From Octopus sinensis (taxonomy: Eukaryota): a stretch of 64,000 nt of DNA. Position 1 is the stretch's first letter; the number at the start of each line of letters is the position of its first letter. This document shows, piece by piece, positions 54,872-64,000 of the stretch. Location: positions 31,062,001-31,126,000 of the forward strand of contig NC_043003.1 of assembly GCF_006345805.1 (NCBI RefSeq), written 5' to 3'. Both the position numbers and the translations under genes were made by a program. Under the pieces are notes generated by a model. That model was not told the DNA's origin, did no database searches, and was given only the letters and a program-made list of their open reading frames with translations.

Positions 54872-57800
54872 GGCTTAGTAAAATAAATTACTTTACCGCA
54901 TACTGAACTCATTAGAAATAGCAGCTAAAAAAACATTTATAAAACTATTTCTAATACTTAAAGAAAACCTCTCTCATATAGTGTTTGCTCAATTCAACTC
55001 ACGGAAGTATGGGGGGTAGAGACATTAAAAAATCAGATGCAAAGGTTATTTGAGAACGTACGTTTCAGATTAGTCAAAACTCGACATTTCTATCATCAGC
55101 TCAGAACTCCCTGGTTTGGATTTGAAAACACTGAAAGTGGGAGCATACTCCTTCGGCCTCCTATCGCTTTTGAAGATCCGCTCGTAACTAACAGTGCCAA
55201 CAAACCCAAATATGCAAGCGAAGAATTTCTGCTCTCCCCTTTCCACCAGCGTGGGTTAAAATCAGCAAACATTATGCTTTTTTCGGTAAAATCCGAGGCA
55301 TTTAAATAGAGAGAGATGAATTATAATTTCAACAATTGAGGGTAAAATTAATTAATTAATCAATTTCACCAAGTGTTCAGTATGCAAAGGGACCATTTAA
55401 GGCGAATTCAAATTATTACATTATATAAAAGGGCTTAGTAAAATAAATTACTTTACCGCATACTGAACTCATTAGAAATAGCAGCTAAAAAAACATTTAT
55501 AAAACTATTTCTAATACTTAAAGAAAACCTCTCTCATATAGTGTTTGCTCAATTCAACTCACGGAAGTATGGTGGGTAGAGACATTAAAAAATCAGATGC
55601 AAAGGTTATTTGAGAACGTACGTTTCAAGATTAGTCAAAACTCGACATTTCTATCATCAGCTCAGAACTCCCTGGTTTGGATTTGAAAACACTGAAAGTG
55701 GGAGCATACTTCTTCGGCCTCCTATCGCTTTTGAAGATCCGCTCGTAACTAACAGTGCCAACAAACCCAAATATGCAAGCGAAGAATTTCTGCTTCCCCT
55801 TTCCACCAGCGTGGGTTAAAATCAGCAAACACTATGCTTTTTTCGGAAAATCCGAGGCATTTAAATAGAGAGAGATGAATTATAATTTCAACAATTGAGG
55901 GTAAAATTAATTAATTAATCAATTTCACCAAGTGTTCAGTATGCAAAGGGACCATTTAAGGCGAATTCAAATTATTACATTATATAAAAGGGCTTAGTAA
56001 AATAAATTACTTTACCGCATACTGAACTCATTAGAAATAGCAGCTAAAAAAACATTTATAAAACTATTTAATACTTAAAGAAAACCTCTCTCATATAGTG
56101 TTTGCTCTATTCAACTCACGGAAGTATGGGGGGTAGAGACATTAAAAAATCAGATGCAAAGGTTATTTGAGAACGTACGTTTCAAGATTAGTCAAAACTC
56201 GACATTTCTATCATCAGCTCAGAACTCCCTGGTTTGGATTTGAAAACACTGAAAGTGGGAGCATACTCCTTCGGCCTCCTATCGCTTTTGAAGATCCGCT
56301 CGTAACTAACAGTGCCAACAAACCCAAATATGCAAGCGAAGAATTTCTGCTCTCCCCTTTCCACCAGCGTGGGTTAAAATCAGCAAACACTATGCTTTTT
56401 TCGGTAAAATCCGAGGCATTTAAATAGAGAGAGATGAATTATAATTTCAACAATTGAGGGTAAAATTAATTAATTAATCAATTTCACCAAGTGTTCAGTA
56501 TGCAAAGGGACCATTTAAGGCGAATTCAAATTATTACATTATATAAAAGGGCTTAGTAAAATAAATTAAATTACTTTACCGCATACTGAACTCATTAGAA
56601 ATAGCAGCTAAAAAAACATTTATAAAATTATTTCTAATACTTAAAGAAAACCTCTCTCATATAGTGTTTGCTCAATTCAACTCACGGAAGTATGGGGGGT
56701 AGAGACATTAAAAAATCAGATGCAAAGGTTATTTGAGAACGTACGTTTCAAGATTAGTCAAAACTCGACATTTCTATCATCAGCTCAGAACTCCCTGGTT
56801 TGGATTTGAAAACACTGAAAGTGGGAGATACTCCTTCGGCCTCCTATCGCTTTTGAAGATCCGCTCGTAACTAACAGTGCCAACAAACCCAAATATGCAA
56901 GCGAAGAATTCTGCTCTCCCCTTTCCACCAGCGTGGGTTAAAATCAGCAAACACTATGCTTTTTTCGGTAAAATCCGAGGCATTTAAATAGAGAGAGATG
57001 AATTATAATTTCAACAATTGAGGGTAAAATTAATTAATTAATCAATTTCACCAAGTGTTCAGTATGCAAAGGGACCATTTAAGGCGAATTCAAATTATTA
57101 CATTATATAAAAGGGCTTAGTAAAATAAATTACTTTACCGCATACTGAACTCATTAGAAATAGCAGCTAAAAAAACATTTATAAAACTATTTCTAATACT
57201 TAAAGAAAACCTCTCTCATATAGTGTTTGCTCAATTCAACTCACGGAAGTATGGGGGGTAGAGACATTAAAAAATCAGAGGCAAAGGTTATTTGAGAACG
57301 TACGTTTCAAGATTAGTCAAAACTCGACATTTCTATCATCAGCTCAGAACTCCCTGGTTTGGATTTGAAAACACTGAAAGTGGGAGCATACTCCTTCGGC
57401 CTCCTATCGCTTTTGAAGATCCGCTCGTAACTAACAGTGCCAACTGTTGGGTTTGTTGGCACTGTTAGTTACGAGCGGATCTTCAAAAGCGATAGGAGGC
57501 CGAAGGAGTATGCTCCCACTTTCAGTGTTTTCAAATCCAAACCAGGGAGTTCTGAGCTGATGATAGAAATGTCGAGTTTTGACTAATCTTGAAACGTACG
57601 TTCTCAAATAACCTTTGCATCTGATTTTTTAATGTCTCTACCCCCCATACTTCCGTGAGTTGAATTGAGCAAACACTATATGAGAGAGGTTTTCTTTAAG
57701 TATTAGAAATAGTTTTATAAATGTTTTTTTAGCTGCTATTTCTAATGAGTTCAGTATGCGGTAAAGTAATTTATTTTACTAAGCCCTTTTATATAATGTA

Positions 57801-59020
57801 ATAATTTGAATTCGCCTTAAATGGTCCCTTTGCATACTGAACACTTGGTGAAATTGATTAATAATTAATTTTACCCTCAATTGTTGAAATTATAATTCAT
57901 CTCTCTCTATTTAATGCCTCGGATTTTACCGAAAAAAGCATAGTGTTTGCTGATTTTAACCCACGCTGGTGGAAAGGGGAGAGCAGAAATTCTTCGCTTG
58001 CATATTTGGGTTTGTTGGCACTGTTAGTTACGAGCGGATCTTCAAAAGCGATAGGAGGCCGAAGGAGTATGCTCCCACTTTCAGTGTTTTCAAATCCAAA
58101 CCAGGGAGTTCTGAGCTGATGATAGAAATGTCGAGTTTTGGACTAATCTTGAAACGTACGTTCTCAAATAACCTTTGCATCTGATTTTTTAATGTCTCTA
58201 CCCCCCATACTTCCGTGAGTTGAATTGAGCAAACACTATATGAGAGAGGTTTTCTTTAAGTATTAGAAATAGTTTTATAAATATTTTTTTAGCTGCTATT
58301 TCTAATGAGTTCAGTATGCGGTAAAGTAATTTAATTTATTTTACTAAGCCCTTTTATATAATGTAATAATTTGAATTCGCCTAAATGGTCCTTTGCATAC
58401 TGAACACTTGGTGAAATTGATTAATTAATTAATTTTACCCTCACCCTCAATTGTTGAAATTATAATTCATCTCTCTCTATTTAAATGCCTCGGATTTTAC
58501 CGAAAAAAGCATAGTGTTTGCTGATTTTAACCCACGCTGGTGGAAAGGGGAGAGCAGAAATTCTTCGCTTGCATATTTGGGTTTGTTGGCACTGTTAGTT
58601 ACGAGCGGATCTTCAAAAGCGATAGGAGGCCGAAGGAGTATGCTCCCACTTTCAGTGTTTTCAAATCCAAACCAGGGAGTTCTGATCTGATGATAGAAAT
58701 GTCGAGTTTTGACTAATCTTGAAACGTACGTTCTCAAATAACCTTTGCATCTGATTTTTTAATGTCTCTACCCCCCATACTTCCGTGAGTTGAATTGGGC
58801 AAACACTATATGAGAGAGGTTTTCTTTAAGTATTAGAAATAGTTTTATAAATATTTTTTTAGCTGCTATTTCTAATGAGTTCAGTATGCGGTAAAGTAAT
58901 TTATTTTACTAAGCCCTTTTATATAATGTAATAATTTGAATTCGCCTTAAATGGTCCTTTGCATACTGAACACTTGGTGAAATTGATTAATTAATTAATT
59001 TTACCCTCAATTGTTGAAAT
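54867..59020. repeat. Hammerhead array 3: 560-bp unit, about 4.6 copies followed by about 2.8 inverted copies (fold-back at about 57449), flanked by (TA)n
   Basis: GGGCTTAGTAAAATAAATTAC at 54871, 55431 and onward. The junction is CAGTGCCAAC-tgttgggttt-GTTGGCACTG. Confidence 0.95.
57553..57606 (+). ncRNA. Type I hammerhead ribozyme (array 3), predicted cut after GUU at 57602. Further copies: 58112-58166, 58683-58736 (+); 55051-55103, 55611-55664, 56168-56221, 56734-56787, 57293-57346 (-)
   Basis: UGAG-CUGAUGA-U-AGA..GUC(GAGUUUU)GAC..UCU-U-GAA-ACGUACGU-U-CUCA. Stem III is the perfect palindrome ACGUACGU. Confidence 0.8.
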
Positions 59021-59094
59021 ATATATATATATATTATATATATATATATATATATAATATATATATATAAATAACATTCTTTTATTCTTTTATT

Positions 59095-59301
59095 CTTTTA
59101 TTGGTTCCAGTCATTTAACTTCGGCCATGTTAGTACACCGCCTTTAGTCGAACAAATTGACTCCAGGACTTATTCTTTGTAAGCATAGTACTTGTTCTAT
59201 CGGTCTCGTTTGTCGAATTGCTAAGTTAGGGGGGCGAAAATACACCAACATCGGTTGTCAAGCGATGTAGGGGCACAAATACAGATACACAGACATATAC
59301 A

Positions 59302-59337
<36 letters not shown>

Positions 59338-59546
59338 TATATATTATATATATATATATATATATATGCGATGGGCTTCCTTCAGTTTCCGGCTACCAAA
59401 TTCACTCACAAGGCTTTGGTCGGCTCCAGGCTATAGTAGAAGACACCTGCGTAAGGTGTCACGCAGTGGGACTGAACTCGGAACCATGTGCTTGGGAAGC
59501 AAGCTTCTTATCACTCAGCCATGCCTTCGCCTATGTGTATATATAT

Positions 59547-59579
<33 letters not shown>

Positions 59580-59743
59580 GCGATGGGCTTCCTTCAGTTT
59601 CCGGCTACCAAATTCACTCACAAGGCTTTGGTCGGCTCCAGGCTATAGTAGAAGACACCTGCGTAAGGTGTCACGCAGTGGGACTGAACTCGGAACCATG
59701 TGCTTGGGAAGCAAGCTTCTTATCACTCAGCCATGCCTTCGCC

Positions 59744-59747
<4 letters not shown>
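59095..59747 (-). mobile_element. Family B SINE whose 5' half is tandemly duplicated (212-bp period)
   Basis: GCGATGGGCTTCC...CCTTCGCCTATG is identical at 59368 and 59580. Confidence 0.9.
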
Positions 59748-59805
<58 letters not shown>

Positions 59806-59888
59806 TGTATATATGTATATATATACATATTTGTATGTATGTATATATATATTATATATATATGTATTTGTATCTATCTATCTGTCTG

Positions 59889-59958
<70 letters not shown>

Positions 59959-59992
59959 CATCTATCCATCTATCTATCTATCTATCTGTCTA

Positions 59993-60095
<103 letters not shown>

Positions 60096-60779
60096 GTATG
60101 GCTATGTAGTAAAAAATTTGCTTCCCAGTCACAAAATTTCGGTTGAGTCTTACTGTGCAACACCTTGAACAGGTGTCTTTTACTATAGCTCCGGGTCGAG
60201 GTGTGAGTGGATTTGCTAGACATACAGGCATACACACATGCACTCGAACACACACTCATTCACAGACATGAATATATATGATATAACATATATGTTATAT
60301 TATTTAGTTTGAAGCAGTGTACAGATTTTATATATCAAGGTAGTCAGAATTTGGATAACTATTATTATTGAGCACTTTTATCTCCTTCAGGGATTCATCA
60401 TGAATTGTGTGCTGTTAAAAATTTATTCCTTTTTATACCACATATGTGAGTTAGCTGAAAAAGGTAAAAAAGTTATATTTGCTTTCTTAGATTTGAAAAA
60501 AAATGGTGTTTTTGTAATGTTCTTTGTCATTTTGAATCTATATGTGTATGTATGTGTGTGTATGTGTCTATGGTGCATTTTTAAAACAAAGTATATACAT
60601 GAGAATTTTGGAGGTTTGCTTGTAGAAGCAAGAGAAACAAAAAATTGGACGGTGTGTTCTGGGATGGTTGATTTATGACAAATAAAAAGAGGCCAAACTT
60701 TTTATCCATTACAATAAATTGTTGCCCTTGGTCATTAAATCGCTGACAGGGTTCTCTTGGTTACCTGCTTAGCTATTTA

Positions 60780-61086
60780 TTTATCTATGCGCCCTTTTGA
60801 AGCCTGACCAGGCTGATGGGCCCGGTTTCCCGGTTTCTGTGGCGTATGTGTTCTCCCCAGCTGGACGGGACACCAGTCCACCGCAGCGTTACTCAAGACA
60901 CAAGAAGAAAGAGTGAGAGAAAGTTGTGGCAAAAGAGTACAACAGGGGTCGCCACCCCCCGAGCCGGAGCCTCGTAGAGCTTTAGGTGCTTTTGCCCAAT
61001 AAACACACAACGCCCGGTCTGGGAATCGAAACCGCGATCCTCCGACCGCGAGTCCGCTGCCCTAACCACTGGGCCATTGCGCCTCC
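60780..61086 (-). mobile_element. Family C SINE, young, with 11-13 bp TSD
   Basis: Reverse complement of the 42313-42602 family, with (CC)TGCTTAGCTAT on both sides. Confidence 0.92.
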
Positions 61087-61853
61087 TGCTTAGCTATAGA
61101 TTTCACAAAATTTTTGGGAAGGCTTTAAATGTGTGGATATTATTAACGATGATGTTCTTATTATTGCCACTAAAATTACTGGAGTAACTCCGAAAGTCAA
61201 CACACAACACTCTCTAATACAATGTGTGTGTGTGTGTGCGTATGTGTCAGTGTGTGTATTAGAGAATGTTGTGTGTTGACTGTTTCAGCGTTACTTACTT
61301 CAGTAATTTTAGTGACAGTGATAAGAACATCATCACTAATAATATCCAGTGATTATTTGGTTTGGTTAATCTGGAAAAGAATTTCTTTTAATAAAAATTC
61401 TCAGGTTTTTATAAATATACTTTTTACACGTTTAGTTTTATGTGAATTTTTTTATTAAACATTTCCATTTCGTTTTTGGATTTGGTTTGCAAGATAAAAA
61501 TAAGAAATAAGTGGAAATTTTACCGGTGAGTGTATTAAATTATAAGGCACAAAAAGAAAATGACTCTCCCAAGACACAACAGAGTATTTCCATTTCCTTC
61601 CGGTATTGTGGATCATCCCTTGGGCTTTTATAAATGATAAGATCTTGTATGTTTAATCCGCATATTTGTAGACGTTTGTAAACACACATATACACACACA
61701 GAGAAACATACATACACAGAAGATTCTAAACTTAACACCACACTCTTTTAATTATTATGCTTAGCTTTATAGAGCTTTAGCGTTTTTCAGAAATTCTAAA
61801 ACTTGATTTCTTATTCATATAACGACACTTTAAGAGTATCGCACAGATATTTA

Positions 61854-63022
61854 CAGCCTTGGCCAAAAGTATTAGGTCACCCCAATGTTTTGGGGTTCTG
61901 CTATCTCAATGTTAATGAAACTCATGCACATGGTACATTATGGTATATTTCACAATACACATCGGTTTTAATATCTGGCTGACCCTCCTTTAGCATCAGT
62001 TACCGCTTTTATACGATTAGGCATTGAATCAACTAGTTTCTTGCAGGTGCTAGGCACAATTTTACTCCATTCTTCTCTCAACTTTTGTTACAAATGCTCT
62101 TTATTTTTAATTGTTGTGTTCCTGATAGCTTCACCAAGAGTTCCCTATAGGTGTTCAATTGGATTTAGATCGGGACCTTGAGCTGGCCAGTCCGTGGAAA
62201 CAATACTCTGTCTTAAACCAATTGATGAGTATTCTTTGCTGTATGACATGGAGCGTTGTCCTGTTGAATGATAATACTGTTTTTCGACACTCCTGGATGC
62301 AATTTAGCAATTGATGGCTCTAAAACATCTGATAAAGTAGAAACATAACTGAATTTATCCTTCCCTGACGTAAAAACATTTCTCCAGGTCCTGTGACAGA
62401 ACATGCAGACCCACACCATGATAGAACTAGACATTCAGCCTTAAATGCTTCCCCAACTCTGCAATGCACGTAAGTTGCACCAGATGTACCGAAAACCTGA
62501 GTAAAACATGAAAAATAACATTAGCTTTATGTTGGATACCTTTTTAAATATTTTGGGCAACAAACCAGTTACGTTAAGTTTATATGTTGATTGAATACAT
62601 GTACTATCTTACCTCATAGTTATTTTCATCAGACCATATGGCTTTTGACCATTGCTCACTGGCCCAATTTGAGTGGTTTTTGGCCTAGTGAAGACATTTA
62701 TCCATATTCACTTCAGAAACCCATGGCTTCTTCCTGGCTTTACAGCGTTTCAAACCGTACTCTACAAGCCTTCTTCTAACAGTTCTGGTTGATATTTGTA
62801 TAGTATTTGCCTTGTTGAAGTCTGTACAGAGCTCCAACGATGTTTTTCTTCTGTGTCTGAGCAAATGACAGATGATGGATCTGTCATCACAAGGTGATGT
62901 AACCTTTTTTCTGCCTGTTCTTTGCATTGTCTTCACATCTTTTGTCTCTCTGAAGTGCTTGAGAGTCGTTTGCACCCACATCGAGAACATTTGGGGTGGC
63001 TTAATACTTTTGGCCAAGGCTG
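61854..63022 (-). mobile_element. Tc1-like DNA transposon with TIRs and TA TSD, carrying a defective transposase with an intron
   Basis: TIR CAGCCTTGGCCAAAAGTATTA(G/A)G(T/C)CACCCCAA at both ends, flanked by TA. Peptides RTGRKKVTSPCDDR, STRTVRRRL..GL..ARKKP, WSDE, QQDNAPCHTAK and WPAQGPDLNPIEH. Confidence 0.93.
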
Positions 63023-63124
63023 TATATATAATTTTATAAATCTGAAACCTGGACGAAAAGAATTCACTTTAGAGGAATACACAGTCGGTTCGGTATTTCA
63101 TTTACAATCACAGACACATCTTTT

Positions 63125-63557
63125 ATCTTTATCTTTTATTTGTTTCAGTCATGACGCCATGGCCATTCTGGGGTACCGTCCTTAGCCGAACTTTAGCTGA
63201 ACAGCTTAGTTCCAGACCTTATTATTCATGCCTGGTGCTTATTCTATCGGTTATTTTGCCGAAATGCTAAGTTACGGGAACGTAAAGTCACCAACAACGG
63301 TTGTCAAGCAGTAATGCAACAGAGACAAAGACACACGCATCCTCCATACATATATACATGTATACATACACACATGCATACATACATACATACATACATA
63401 CATTCATACATACATACATACATACATACGTACATACATACATACAGAGATAGATACATGATGGATTTCTTTCAGGATCCGGCTACCAAATTCACTCACA
63501 AGGATTGAACTATCTGGTTGAGAAGCTAACTTCTTACCACACAGCTATGCCTGCACA
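63125..63557 (-). mobile_element. Decayed family B SINE
   Basis: Reverse-complement tail and head fragments around an (ATAC)n tract. Confidence 0.7.
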
Positions 63558-64000
63558 TTAATGAATTAAATTTTAATTTGCATTCATCCAATAAATGTTC
63601 ATACAACCAATAAATGCATTGCATAGTTTTCTGATTGATATAATTTTCTATCCTGATTTTGGGACCCAGTGCATGAATAGATTGCCGTCCCACTTTCTCA
63701 GGTTGTAGATAAAATGTCTACCTCTTTATTAACACAATAATGTGATTTGCTAGGTGGTAATTGCGCAGCTATTTTTAGCAGGTTGATCGACAACATAGAT
63801 GCTTACCTGGTGGCCTACGTCAGGCGATTTTACAGGTACACACCTGGTTATCTCGATAGTTGTCTCTCCTGCCGGAATTTATAAATGATGGATGTGTGTT
63901 CTAGTTCGCGAGTATAGAGTTGTTTACATGAGCACTGGATGCAGGTTTACCAAATTGATCCTGCAGTCCGGTATGGTTAATACTAACAGCAATGTTGCTG

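Noticed and set aside
55037-58737. Repeated 86-90 aa ORF (..RLVKTRHFYHQLRTPWFGFENTES..) in array 3
   Set aside because: It lies antisense to the ribozyme strand, mostly lacks an ATG start, is broken by indels in several copies and is not conserved as protein in related array 1.
51704-59020. CRISPR-like array or ordinary satellite
   Set aside because: There are no unique spacers and no cas genes, and the context is eukaryotic. Low copy number, ribozymes and inversions fit retroposed arrays better.
62620-62640. CTGATGAAAA on the minus strand
   Set aside because: It is the WSDE codons of the transposase, not a ribozyme.

Overview
Eukaryotic (animal), AT-rich, microsatellite-dense DNA made almost entirely of repeats. 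The SINE families look like those of octopus/cephalopod genomes (recognised from memory, not searched). No intact host protein-coding gene is visible, only a few weak exon-like segments. The window holds decayed Tx1/L1-like, R4/Dong-like, RTE-like and Penelope-like (PLE; RT plus GIY-YIG) retroelements, three Tc1/mariner remnants (one with a spliceosomal intron), a non-autonomous Helitron nested in a SINE, hAT-type MITEs and dozens of tRNA-derived SINEs. The main observation lies at about 48.6-59.0 kb: three different, young, non-coding tandem arrays (units about 562, 507 and 560 bp), each inserted in a (TA)n tract. Nearly every unit carries a type I hammerhead ribozyme motif with a palindromic stem III (16 copies). 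The three units share a second covarying stem, and each array folds back with the ribozyme strands pointing outward. This fits a retrozyme-like circular-RNA retroelement mobilised by a PLE reverse transcriptase (inference). Coordinates were counted by hand, so repeat edges are approximate.
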